Origin: Gekko japonicus
Taxonomy: Eukaryota
Direction of reading: 5' to 3'
Length of the DNA stretch: 63,679 nt
NCBI RefSeq assembly: GCF_001447785.1
Contig: NW_015175359.1
Location: forward strand, 53,062-116,740
Within the stretch, counting starts at the first letter, position 1. The number at the start of each line of letters is the position of its first letter. Shown here piece after piece: positions 47,409 to 59,633 of the stretch. The position numbers were made by a program, and so were the translations under genes. The notes under the pieces were generated by a model that had not been told where the DNA came from, made no database searches, and was given only the letters and a program-made list of their open reading frames with translations.

Positions 47409-48245
47409 TTCTGTAGACACTGCAAAGTAAACAGCCACTAACAGAGCTTAGTCTCTTCATCTCACTGTTTTTCAGGTTGCTCACTGCAGAGATGTTCTGA
47501 AACATGGGGCACATGGCCAGCTTTAGCAATATGCTCTTAAGAAATGACCCCTAGTGTAAGAGGACAGATCAGAGCAGTCATCACTCTCTCCAATGGCACG
47601 CTCTTCATCTGAACTACAATCATACATCACAAGCAATGTAATTTTCAGCAGGGAGATAACTGGGTGGCTTTCAGGATTCTGAATCATCCAAGTAACTCCT
47701 TTCCTGTCCCCTTACACATACACACTTGTCACCTTGCCTGATCTAAGGACATTCGACACACATAGTTTCAGGCAAAATCCCCACTCCCCTGAACCCAAAA
47801 CACCATTGTCAAACTGCCAAGAAAATCTGGTCTATGCAGAATCTTTTTTTAATAATGCCCCACAAATATTTGCAAGTATTTATTTTCCCCGCCACCTCTT
47901 CCCAAGCTGCTTCGTTAGAGGAGTGTGGAAAACTACTGTTGGGAGATTGAGATGCACAGGACAGTAACGGGGGATGGGGGCGGTGGTCTGCCATCTTTCA
48001 GCTGAGAAAAAGATCTCTTCCAAAATCCCACTTCACCCCAGGAAAAGCACATGCTGGTTCCACTTGATTCCCAGCGCCCTACCTTCAGTCCTCACCTTCC
48101 TCTTAGATCTATTTGCATGCCTAGCAACCGCCTCGTATTAAGCAAAGGGTTAAAGACTGCTATGATTCACTTGGTCAGTAAGCAGAAGTTCCATCTACTC
48201 CATGCACATTCCCATAATTCAGTGGGCACTTTTAGAGTTGCAGTT

Positions 48246-48777
48246 CTATTTCCAGGGAGGCCTAGGTTTGCATGAGCCTATAGCTCCTGATAACCTAGCA
48301 GATGGTGACCTTGATATGCCCTTTGAGCATGGCCTGGATCCTGGGGAAGCCACAGAGGCATCTGGGAGGCGGCGATCCTGCTGTCTGTTTATCCTTGAAT
48401 CAGTCTCTGGTGGTTGGAATGTTTCAGAGGCACCATACACCCGCCTAACAGGCTGGTAGCCCATCCAGCCTAAGGCATCCTTGTTGTTCTCGTGTGAATT
48501 ATTCTCAGGGTGCTTCCAAAAAGAGTGTTCTCTATATTGTGTCTCAACCCCCCCAGCCTGCTGAGATCTGGGTGTTTCTCGATGAACGACTCTCAACGGT
48601 TCCCCTTTCTGACAAGAAGGAAGCCTCGGATGGTTTCTGGAAGCGGAAGGCGGAGTCCAAATCAAAGTGCGAAGCTTAGCTGTATCCTCCTTCATCCAGG
48701 GAACAGATCCATCCTGTCCTCCTGACTTTGTGCCAAACAGTGTTTCGTCACAGTAGGATGCCGTTCGACTTTTCAGT
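48246..48777 (-). CDS. RITA1: RITA1 coding exon 2 (RBPJ-binding WTP motif, stop)
   Basis: Phase-2 acceptor AAG, LKSRTASYCDETLFG...KLRTLIWTPP...KPRPPWK*. Confidence 0.93.
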
Positions 48778-48869
48778 CTTCAGGGAGAAATATAAACAGA
48801 AAACAGAAATGTTTATTCCCAAAGGGGCAATGGAGTGTTTTCACAGCAAGAGACTAACTGAGATAGTTT

Positions 48870-49002
48870 GCCAGCGCCTTCCTCTGTATAGCGACCCTGG
48901 TCTTCTTTTGTGGTCTCCCATCCAAATACCAACCAGGGCTGACCCTGCTGAGCTTCTGAGATCTGATGAGATCAGGCTAGCCTGGGCCATGCAGGTCAGG
49001 GC
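48870..49002 (-). mobile_element. 5S rRNA-derived SINE
   Basis: GATCTCATCAGATCTCAGAAGCTCAGCAGGGTCAGCCCTGGTTGGTATTTGGATGGGAGACC on the minus strand. Confidence 0.7.
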
Positions 49003-49855
49003 AAGGTACAAAGTTAGGAGAACAGTATTCAGTTATTTACTTACATTTACAGACTGACCCCATCGCAAAGGTTTTGGGGTAAACAGCTGTTGAAAGATCA
49101 CATTAAAGAATCATGAGAGATCTCCCTCCTCCCCATCACTTCCTCTCTGATCCCCAGTAAAACGCCTACAGCAAGCTTTCCTGACCTTACAAGTTTATCT
49201 TTAATACAAATTTGGTAAATAATTTTTTTAAAAAATACAAAATTTGGGGTGCAGCATTCCAACTGGTTCATCAGTTACTCAACTAAAAACATTTCTGCTT
49301 ACTAAAAAAGGTGGACCTGATGAGCTGGGCAACGTATACTATTTTTTTTTAATGTATTTTTAATATAATCTCTTATGAATGCTGCAAATGACCAATAATA
49401 TCATTTTGGAAGAAGCATTCTCTCCTGTGATGTGGGAGGGAAGGTAGAATGCTTCTTTTGAGATGCCTGCTCTTGACCCATGAACAGCACCTAAAAACAA
49501 AGTATACTTCCCCCCCCCCTTTATCCCCTTTATGACTATTTCCTCATATGCAGATTGAATTAATTGGTGGACCAACTACAATGCGTATGATTAATGAACT
49601 CATTGGGGCCCTAATAGAAAGGCCAGAAAGTCAAGACATGCCAAAGCAAACACGATGCGGGGGGAAGGGGGTGCTATTAAATGCTCAATGGGGGTTTCTT
49701 CATGTACACATTTCCCTGACTCAGCCCAGCCTCTTCATCCTCATCTACAAACTGCATTCATGCAAATGAGCATGGTACAGAGGTTACAGGATCAGATGAG
49801 GACAAGGGAGGTGCAGGTTCGAATTCCCACTTAGCCACGAGGTACAGTAAGTGAA

Positions 49856-50210
49856 GGAGCTGCGGTGGCTCAAGTGGTTAAGACGCTGAACTACAGGCTG
49901 TGGAAGGTCATTAGTTCAGCAGTTCGAGACCCGAGTGTGCCGCATGATGGAGTGAGCTCCCATCTCTAGCTCCAGCTCCTGCCAACCTAGCAATTCAAAA
50001 GCAAGAAATTGCAAGTAGATAAATAGGTACCACTTCGGTGGGAAGGTAACAGCGTTCCATGCGCCTTGGTGTTTAGTCATGCCGGCCACATGACCACGGA
50101 AACGTCTTCGGACAGCGCTGGCTCTTCGGCTTTGAAACGGAGATGAGCACCGCAACCCTAGAGTCAGATTCGACTGGCTTTCGAGCAAGGGAACCTTTAC
50201 CTTTACCTTT
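49856..50210 (+). mobile_element. Sauria SINE
   Basis: Nearly identical to the 13931 copy; TSD TACAGTAAGTGA / TACAATAAGTGA. Confidence 0.85.
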
Positions 50211-51210
50211 ACAATAAGTGATCTTGGGCTAGCCACACTCTCAGCCTAGTCTACCTCACAGGTAGGATAAAAATGTACATGGAGAAGCCAGCCTTAATTA
50301 CATTCATTTTGGGGGAGGGGCACCATCAGGGTCATGGCACTGGGAAAAGGGCAGTTTTAAAACTTCCCCTCTGGACCATTTCCATGATCAAAAATAACCC
50401 TAGTTTATAATGGCGAAAATTACAGATTCCCTGAAGAGAGCGGTTAACAGTGATACTCCTACTTACACCAAATTTGTTAGGATCTGGGCCCCAGTGTTAG
50501 ACTATATGGTAACGAATGATATACTCCCAGCTAAGCAGATTTACCATAAATGGTTATATTTATAGAGTTTAGCAGGTATTAGAGCTGTATGGTGTGTGGA
50601 TAGTTGTCAAATGGTTAGTAATGATCTTAGTTGCTATATGTAGAAATCTAGAACCAATATGTGTCATATGTATTGTATTTTATGATTCTAATAAAATGCT
50701 GCTGTGAGACAGCCTGTCAGGTCAGAGAGACAGTCTTGAGAGACAGTCTTGGTACAGAGAGAGACGAGAGACAGAGCTGTTCTGCAGCTTCAAGAAATCT
50801 GTTGTCGTGATTTGAACCCTGGTCAAAGTCAACAGAAAACGTATATTATAGCTGTCTATAGTTATAATTCTGTAGTTCTGAAGAAGTGAGCAGTGAGTTT
50901 TTAAGGTGCCACTGGACTCCTGCTCTTTTCTACTACAGTTTTATGCATCCATGTGTATTAATTCCCTCCCCCATTACCCAGCAGCTCAGTCCTCTTCCAG
51001 ATCTCCCTCCATGGGTGCTGTGGAGGGCCAAAAACGAACATGAGACTCCCAACAACATCCTATGCAATTTACAAATCAGACAGCCAGGCTGCCAAATTTT
51101 GCTTGAAGAGAGCAGCCTGGCTGCTTTGACTTCCGTGAGATTCTTTGGGAAGAACCTTGCTGAATGTGCCCTCATTGCAAGTGGATGGATCCCTCCCAGA
51201 TTCCCCATAC

Positions 51211-51500
51211 CTGTACTTGTTTTTCTTTCTTGGAGTGCTGGGTGGTACAGGGGCTTTCGAAGAGCCAGCGTCAGCCTCCCATTGTGTTGCTGCAGGGCTC
51301 CACAGCAAGGGTCTCCGGGGTCCAGGCTGCTTCTCCACCCACGGGGGATCAAATTCCTCAACTGATGACTGGCGCCCTGCATGGGAGCCAAATAGGGTTT
51401 CATCCACATAGGAGGCTTTGGCCCTATAGCTGTTTCTGCCCCTGTGTTGCACCTGAAGGGGCTGAATTCCCGACACTGCCAGCTCTACAGAGGCCTTCAT
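51211..51500 (-). CDS. RITA1: RITA1 coding exon 1
   Basis: ATG at 51500, 290 nt ending PRKKNKY+AG, donor GTATGG; acceptor TTCTAG before 51541. Confidence 0.94.
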
Positions 51501-51646
51501 GGAGTCCAGCTGCAGAAGGTGCCATGCAGGACTGCAGGCGGCTAGAAGCACAGGATCCAGATCAGTGTGAACAACAATTCACTGGTGAATGGAGACCGAG
51601 TGACACAACAGCAGCTGTGTTTGAAGAAGAGAAGAGATTGGATTTA

Positions 51647-52851
51647 TACCCCACCCTTCACTATCCAAAAGAGTCCCAGAGAGGCTTACAATCCCTTTCC
51701 CATCCCCTCCCTACAGCAGGCACCCTGTGAAGTAGGTGGGGCTGAGAGCTCTCTTGAGAACTGCCCTTGAGAGAACAGCTCTGAAAGAACTTGTGACTGA
51801 CCCAAGGTCACACCAGCAGCTGCATGTGGAGGAGTGGGGAATCAAACCCAGTTCTCCCAGATTAGAGTCCGCGCTCCTAACCACTACACCAAACTGGCTC
51901 TCTACAGACCATCGCTTTATTTATTGAAAGGTTTATTCAAATATTTGTACTCTGTGTTTTCTCTCCTAAAAGGGACGAAGGTGGCCTAGAAATGAAGAAT
52001 ACTGCTATGGGTTTCTATAGACTTGCTATAATGTTTGCTAAACATGAAATTCTGCATGAAATGTCCCAGGCTCCTGATGTGATTCTTTGCAGCCAGGCCT
52101 TTCACACACATGCAATCAAATGCTGGCAAGACGGTATGTATGTGTAAAGGCTTGCTGACACTTAGTGCCGGGGAAATAATCAGAATGCCAACTTTGGATG
52201 GACAACGCTTGGGCTACTTTGGAAGTACAGCAGTCTTCATTTTGTTAGTACCCCACCCTTCACTATCCAAAAGAGTCCCAGAGAGGCTTACAATCCCTTT
52301 CCCATCCCCTCCCCACAGCAGGCACCCTGTGAAGTAGGTGGGGCTGAGAGCTCTCTTGAGAACTGCCCTTGAGAGAACAGCTCTGAAAGAACTTGTGACT
52401 GACCCAAGGTCACACCAGCAGCTGCATGTGGAGGAGTGGGGAATCAAACCCAGTTCTCCCAGATTAGAGTCCGCGCTCCTAACCACTACACCAAACTGGC
52501 TCTCTACAGACCATTGCTTTATTTATTGAAATGTTTATTCAACTATTTGTACTCTTGTGTTTTCTCTCCTAAAAGGGCCGAAGGTGGCCTAGAAATTAAG
52601 AATACTGCTATGGGTTTCTATAGACTTGCTATAATGTTTGCTAAACACAAAATTCTGCATGAAATGTCCCAGGCTCCTGATGTGATTCTTTGCAGCCAGG
52701 CCTTTCACACACATGCAATCAAATGCTGGCAAGACGGTATGTATGTGTAAAGGCTTGCTGACACTTAGTGCCGGGGAAATAATCAGAATGCCAACTTTGG
52801 ATGGACAACGCTTGGGCTACTTTGGAAGTACAGCAGTCTTCATTTTGTTAG
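51647..52851. repeat. Tandem duplication, about 602-bp unit x2, each copy containing a Squam3-like SINE (minus strand)
   Basis: Units start at 51647 and 52249; about 9 differences. Confidence 0.93.
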
Positions 52852-54032
52852 AGCGGGCCTTTGGTAAAGCATTCAGCGAACTGCACAGTTGGGACATGAG
52901 CATGAACTCAATCTTTTCAACATGGGGAAAGCATGGAGTGTTCTTCCTCCCACTCTTTTCTGCCATGAGTCTGCCTCATTACAATGTGTGAGCAACACAT
53001 CAGCTCCTCTCCTGAATGCAAGGAAAGCGGTGATTTTTTTCAGCTCTTCTCCGCAGTATGCCAGAGAAATCAGCACAGTGCAGCCTGAGGCTGAATGCCT
53101 AAGCAAATTTAGGTTGCGATCTTCAGAATGAAGAGTAAGCCGCCTCATTGGATAAAATGCGACTTATTTCAGAGAAGACCTGCTTAATTCAGGAGCAAAC
53201 TTCACTAGGCTCAGGCAGGGCTTATTGCCACATTAACATGCATTGGATCCGGCTGCAATGTTGCACACGGTCGCTTGGCAATCAACCCCGCTCCCACGCC
53301 ACGGGCTTTGCTTGCGAGTAAACATGCCGACGAGCAAGCTGCAAAGCTGGAGCTCGGTCACAACTGCCTTCCGAGTAAACATGCAAGAGACTCGGGCTAC
53401 ACAAGTACCCCACATCTGCGCATTTATTTTTAAATTATTTGCAACCTGCTGTGTCCTTGGGAGACCCGGGGGGCAAGAATTAAAAAAGTCTCTGCAGCTG
53501 CACAGCTAAAGGGGCCCCTGGGTTTACGGAGGACCGCGCCTTCCAAACTCCGCAGGCTCCCCAGCGCCACCCCAAGACTCAAACAGGCGCGTCTCCCCTA
53601 TCTTACAGAGATGCAGTTTCTCCTCTGCGGAGGCGATCGTTGCTCCCCTCGAGCAAGTCGAAAAGCCAAAGAGAGGTGTATAACTCAGAGTTCCACACAC
53701 CCGTCACTTCCGATCCCGCTTATATTTTCTGGAATGCAATCCAAAAAAGGTGGGAAAACTTAGAAATGGCTGTAACTTAGAAACACCACCTCCGACAAAA
53801 TAGGCGGATTGAATCAAAATTTATGCCCTGCCGTGAGAGCACAGAGGCCATGCTAATTTTTTTTAAAAGCCACCCTTCTCTAAACTTTTCAGGAAGATTA
53901 TTTCAAAGCACCGCTACACAAAAGGAAGACACTAGTCCTTTCTTTTAGTATATTTTCTTCACTGCACTGATTTTTATGCATTTCTTCCTTTACACTTGCC
54001 CCTCACATGAAGGACTTACCCTGTCCAATTGA

Positions 54033-54150
54033 TTCAGGTGGATAGCCGTATTAGTCTGAGGCAGCAGAACAAAGTTTGAGTACAGCGGCACCTTTAAGAC
54101 CAACAAAGACGTATAAGCTTTCGTGTGCACGTACACTTCTCCAGATACTG
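54033..54150 (-). mobile_element. Penelope-like remnant in the RITA1/DDX54 promoter
   Basis: Same sequence family as 13735-13860. Confidence 0.65.
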
Positions 54151-54491
54151 GTCAGTTGAGAACCTGACGTGGTTTTGAAACACTAGAGATTATTGTCTCT
54201 AAAGGAAGGCGAAACCACACCGAACGAAACCATTTTTGAGAGGGGGGTTAAGCCTAGTAGGAGGAGTCTCAAGCGCTTGAGTGACAGAACAGCCAGCTCT
54301 TCCTGGGAATGTACCAAAGGGGCGGGGGTAATTGGGCGGTCCACCTAACACCCCCGACTCTAGCGGTGGTTGAGTCCAAGCTCAGCCCTCTGCCGTCTTG
54401 AGGGACGCACGTGGTGTCCCCTTCCTGGTTTCCCGTCGGATTTTGGTCGGAAGGGATCGCGGCGGGTCTGTATTGGACCCAAACAGTTTCT

Positions 54492-54569
54492 ATGGCCCCC
54501 CTTCAGGCCTCGGGACGGAGGAGGAAAAGACAGCGGCGGTGTAAGGATCATGATTTAGACCCGCAACAG
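54492..54569 (+). CDS. DDX54: DDX54 exon 1 (probable start)
   Basis: MAPLQASGRRRKRQRRCKDHDLDPQQ, donor CAG|GTACTG, phase 0 fits exon 2; lies in CpG-rich promoter; basic like other DDX54 N-termini but weakly conserved. Confidence 0.72.
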
Positions 54570-55197
54570 GTACTGAGAAAGCCAAGGATTTGTTATTATT
54601 TTTCAATTCGCTAAAAGAGAAGTGCCGGGACTCCCGCCAAGCAACCAGTTAGCCTGTATATTTTTGCCATGGAAGGTGCCGCATTTGACCTGGAAGTGAT
54701 TTACTCGGTAGTAAGCCCTATTGAATGTAACGGGTCTTGCTTACGAGTAGCAACGTTGTTGTAAACACACATATATTTAGGTAGAAATAAGCCTCTGGTG
54801 CGTTCAGTGGGGATTATTTCCAAGTTACTTCAAGGATAGCATTTCTTTGAGAAGATTCTACCTTACCTTTCGCTAAGGTGGCTTGTAAAAAGATGTAAAA
54901 ACCAAATTTATAACAGCAAAAACAGTTTAAATCCCAAATCAGCATCAGTGGTGAACCTGTACACACAATCCAAAAGAGGCTGGTTTGTCACCTAGTTCAT
55001 CGGTAGGGCCACTGCCTATAGAAAACTGCTCAGAAGCACCAGTTATACTAACATTCAAACCCTTTATTAATTGCATATTCTGTCATTTTTAAAAAAGAGA
55101 TGCTAATGTTTGCACTGGTAAAGCATAACAAGATGGTTCAGCTTCTTGTTCCTCCGTATCTGGTGCTTGCTTCTCTCTCAACTCCCTTTCTTCAAAG

Positions 55198-55324
55198 GAC
55201 TATGAGATGCCAGTGCCGACCTTCCCCACATCTGATTGTGCTTCTGATGTTGAACCAGACACCCGGGAAATGGTTCGGGCCCAGAACAAGAAAAAGAAGA
55301 AGTCGGGGGGCTTCCAGTCCATGG
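55198..55324 (+). CDS. DDX54: DDX54 exon 2
   Basis: [51 protein letters not shown]. Confidence 0.92.
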
Positions 55325-55806
55325 GTGAGTGAGGGATAACTGTGTCTTAATTGTTTTGTGTTGGCTGATCTGGGATAGGGTGACACATTGTGCCCTTCCC
55401 TGGGGACATAATAGTCTATATTTTCCAACTTGGACCAAAATTTATTCTTGTTCCAGGCGATGGAGCAGTACTTCCTGCAAACAGCCTCAGATTTCTGTTT
55501 AAACACTTTTACCATTTGGGGGTATTGTGTAGCCCCTTACATTGAAAGGAGGGTGGAGTTCCTCCCTTATAAAGGATTGGTCCATCCATGACTATTAGCC
55601 ACCATGATGGATCAGTGGAACCTCTGTGTTCAGAGGGTGTACACATCTGAATACCAAGTGCTTGGCGGGGGGGAGTGATGGGAAGGCTTTGGCCTCCATC
55701 TCCCAGATTATGGTCCTTGCAGGGCATCTGTTGGCTGCTTTAGGCAATAAGATCCTGCACTAGAGAGTTCCATCAGTCTGATCCTGTGAACTGTTTTCTC
55801 TGCCAG

Positions 55807-55877
55807 GTTTGAGCTACCCAGTGTTCAAAGGGATAATGAAGAAAGGCTACAAAGTGCCTACCCCAATCCAGAGGAAG
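55807..55877 (+). CDS. DDX54: DDX54 exon 3
   Basis: [33 protein letters not shown]. Confidence 0.96.
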
Positions 55878-56488
55878 GTGAGTGTTGGGCAAACCTCATA
55901 TTTCAGGACACAGTGTCTGTTTTGTAGCATAGACACTATGGAGGCAGTTTCCTAAGCAGTTCTGTTGTGGCAGGGAGGGGGCGAAGAGAGGAGGGGCGGC
56001 AGCAGTATGTGGGGGCAAAGGCGGAGAAGGGAGTGGCTGGGATACCTGAAACCCATCCTTAAAACAGTGGCTTATTGATGCATATTAAAAATGTTTTCAG
56101 CTGTCCATCCTAAACTTGCTTTACTGCCTTTCGGTCGGTAGCTGATCTCCCAGTATTGTGGCAGGAGTTTGCAGCTTTTATAGTATCCCTGAGCTGCACA
56201 GTGAGTATTGGATCTGCCACTCACTACTGAAATTAAGCCTTTATTGGCTGCTGAAAACTGTGCACTCCACCTTGAGGCTGGGTGAGAAAGGCAAGCTATA
56301 AATTAAAATTTTAAAGTAATGGAGCTGGCCTATGTGGGATATATAGGCTGCAGCATTCAATTTGAAATGGTAGAATTCAGAAAACAGTATTTTCTACCCC
56401 CTTGATTTTTGCTGGTTGTATGAATTGTTTCTTATTCCCAGATTATTATTTTTTTGCCTTATTTACATGGGGCGGCCTTCTCTTACAG

Positions 56489-56677
56489 GCTATTCCACCC
56501 ATCCTGGATGGCAAGGATGTGGTTGCCATGGCAAGAACGGGGAGTGGGAAGACAGCCTGTTTCCTCATTCCCATGTTTGAGAGGCTAAAGGCACACAGTG
56601 CAAAGACTGGGGCCCGGGCTCTCATCCTCTCACCCACTCGAGAACTTGCCTTGCAGACTCTGAAGTTCACCAAAGAG
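56489..56677 (+). CDS. DDX54: DDX54 exon 4 (Walker A)
   Basis: [25 protein letters not shown]...[20 protein letters not shown]. Confidence 0.97.
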
Positions 56678-58435
56678 GTACGCTAAGCATGGAGGACGTT
56701 GGGGCTGGTGATGAGTAAAAAGAATGGGCCTTCAAAACCTGCTTGTCAATCCCAAGCCTCTCTCCTGAGGCTTCAAAGAGCCATGTGTGGTTCGTGTGCT
56801 GTTGGCTAGTGGAACATCCTGCCACTTTATTTCTGTTAAGTGCTTAGCAAGACTCAGACAGGCATATGGTGATGTAACATCTAATACGTATCCACGATCC
56901 TGAGGATCTGTAACCCAGAGATAAATTCTTTTAAACGCAGCTATTCAATGAAATCTCAGTATCATGAAAGACACAAACAGCACAGATTTGTAAAAGATCC
57001 AGTCAGTATAATGTCACCTCCATCTCCCTCTAGTGATCCAAGCCATTTCTTAAATAAGGAAGTGTTTGGCAGACTACTTTTTTTTTTTTTGGAATAATTT
57101 TTTATTTCATGACATACAACAACAAACATACATAACAACATACATAGGGGAATACAACTGTATTTTCTTAACACTATCTTTGACTTCATGTTCTAATTTT
57201 TAAGCATCTTATTTTTTCACCTTATAAATTTACTATTTACCTTTTATTAATAGTTAAATATATGTTTCTTGGTTCTTTTAATTGTGGTTTGAAATCCAAA
57301 AGTTCACATTTTTGGCAGACTTCTGAAAGTGAGCTTGAATTGGATTGTTTTCCCTGGGGCAGGGAGTTTCATAGAACTGGGAGGATCCTTCATGCAATTC
57401 ATGGGAGGACCTATAGTTTAGGTCCTGGTGTGAATTTGTCCAGGTAAAGAACTGGAGGCCACAGGGCTCAGAAGCCCTCTGCCAGAGACACTGGACTGTC
57501 GCTGTCAGATGAAGTAACTAATTCTGCTCTAGATGGACCAGTGGTCCAACTCTTGAGTATTTCTAGCTGGAGGCTCTGGATAAGTTAGCTGTTTGTGGGA
57601 TTGCCAGTAGCTGCAGGGGGGAGGCACCCAAAGCAAAACCTCTTCCCATGTTCCTGTTGGCAGAAATACATGCTTCACCATGCTGACGGGGTGGGGGGGA
57701 GAATTGGGTATTAAGATTTCTAAAAACGCAGCATTTTCAGAGGTGTATTTCATGAGTCACTGATGTTGGAGTCAGGGTAGCACGTTAGCCGCTGATTCTG
57801 GGATGTGTACAGTGAAGCTGGAGGAGTGGATTGGGATGTTAAAACAGCCTAAGAAAGAGTCAAACTGAGCAGTCCTGGCAGCATCACCAGCACCAGAAGG
57901 CTGCTCAGTTTGGACCTGGGCAGTGGTGGTGTAGGAGGAGGCAATGGACAGACCTACAGCTGTGGTTGCCACCATTGGCCGGGCCAGGTTGTGGCATGTT
58001 CTGCAGCCTTCTTGCTCAGCTTGGCCACCACTGGATCTTCAAAGCAGTGACCCCACTGGGTCTCTTTCCAGTAAGCCAAGAGGCCAGTTCACACCTGGAG
58101 ACTAACGATCCATGCACTGTATCACCTTTTAATGGTGCATTTGCCTCCGTGGCAGTAGCAAGTCTGCCGTCAGCTGACATTCTTTTCCAGCCAGAAGTGT
58201 TACTTATTGTGCGCTGTCTGCTGAGGTTTGAGAGATGCAAACCTGTTTCAAGGAATTATGCAGTAGAGCTATGGCCACTTTAAAAACAAAAATTTCCATA
58301 ACATTTTGTTGTTGTTCTGCGGGTAGACAGCAAAGGCTAGCTAAGAGTGGCAGATGTGACCCTTTTTAGAGTTTGACAGTAAAACAGCAATGCTCCCAGG
58401 ACTCTAGCCTAACTCTCCTTTGTCTGATGTTGCAG

Positions 58436-58485
58436 CTTGGCCGGTTCACAGGCCTGAAGACTGCCTTGATTCTTGGAGGAGACAA
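58436..58485 (+). CDS. DDX54: DDX54 exon 5
   Basis: LGRFTGLKTALILGGD+AA, CAG/GTAAG. Confidence 0.95.
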
Positions 58486-58815
58486 GTAAGCGTTTGTGTT
58501 TAGACCTGTCCCATCATCATGGACTTGAATCGCTTGAGATGGTAGAAGGAGCCCTGTTGGATGCGATCCAAGGCCCACCTCACCCAGTAGCCTCTGTCCA
58601 GGAGTTCCAAGCCAGTTGCCATGAGTGGGGCACAGAGTCAACCAGCTCTCTCTTCCTGTTTGTTCCTAGCATATAGGATTCAGGAGTATATTGCCTCTGA
58701 ACATGGATGCTCCATTTTGCCAGGGGAATGTAGTGATGGCTGCAGGAATAACTAGCTTTGGGGGTTTGTCCCAAGACTCCAGCTGTGTGTAGGTACCAGG
58801 GTGGCCATGGTTGCT

Positions 58816-59079
58816 CCATAGGTTTTAAAAAGGTATTAGAAAGGTTCATGGAGGATAAGTTTATCAATGGCTAGTAGCCATGCTGACTGAGGGGAACCTC
58901 CACATTCAGAGGCACTAATCCTCTGAATCTCAAACCCAGGAGGCAACATCAGGAGACGGTCTCAGCCTCTGTGCCCTGCTGTTGACCATCCAGAGGAACT
59001 GATTGGCCACTGTGAGAGACAAGATGCTGGACTAGATGAACCACTGGTCTGATCCAGCAGGGGTTTTTTTCTTGTCTTA
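58816..59079 (+). mobile_element. CR1 LINE 3' end
   Basis: GGTTTTAAAAAGGTATTAGAAAGGTTCATGGAGGATAAG..CTGGACTAGATGAACCACTGGTCTGATCCAG. Confidence 0.7.
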
Positions 59080-59591
59080 GCTGTCATGGTGAAATATCCA
59101 CTGAGAGAATTTTTTGGAGTCTCTGAAAGTGCTAGATAAAAACCAATTAAATAGAATAAGTCTTGGGAACGGAAAGAGTCCCCAAACCAGCAAATCTAAT
59201 ACGGCCTTCCCCCAACCCCCCAAACTAGCATAAAGGCATATGGGGAAATGATATTTTGGGCAGCTTCAACTGTGCCACTTCAAAATCTGGGTGGAGGATC
59301 CCCTTTTTGGAATGTTCCCTTTCATTTAAAGGAAGTGCTTGTGAATAGAAAACCAGCAGAAAAGGGTGGGTAGAACCTTTCCCCCCTGCTATGCTAGATT
59401 TCTGGTTATAGGGAGTGTTTTATGCCAAGGGACACTCATAGCTGGAATCTGTCACTGGGCACAGTGAAGTGTTGCACCTCATTCTCCTGCATGTCTGAAC
59501 CAGGCCCCAGTGTGATTGTGGCTTTCTGGTTGAGAGAGGGAAAAGAAGTGCTATAGCTGTAACCCTTCAGATCTGCCGTTTTCTTTTCCAG

Positions 59592-59633
59592 GATGGAAGA
59601 CCAGTTTGCAGCGCTGCATGAAAATCCTGATAT
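59592..59633 (+). CDS. DDX54: DDX54 exon 6
   Basis: MEDQFAALHENPD, CAG/GTGAGT. Confidence 0.95.

Larger units (their letters stand above)
48246..51500 (-). other. RITA1: RITA1 (RBPJ-interacting and tubulin-associated protein 1) complete coding span, 273 aa
   Basis: MKASVELAVSG...SYVDETLFGS...FDPPWVEK...TPRKKNKYR | ...SYCDETLFG...LIWTPP...KPRPPWK matches the known RITA motifs. Confidence 0.95.
53240..54600. promoter_or_regulatory. CpG-rich bidirectional promoter of RITA1 and DDX54
   Basis: CpG-rich; GC boxes near 54320-54340; strong minus-strand donor CAGG|GTAAGT at 54020/54019 is a candidate RITA1 exon-1 end. Confidence 0.7.

Noticed and set aside
50495-50834. Possible solo LTR (TG...CA with AATAAA) in the RITA1 intron
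   Set aside because: No matching 4-6-bp TSD found; boundaries not supportable
51164-51730. 188-aa + strand ORF
   Set aside because: Antisense shadow of the RITA1 exon running into a SINE
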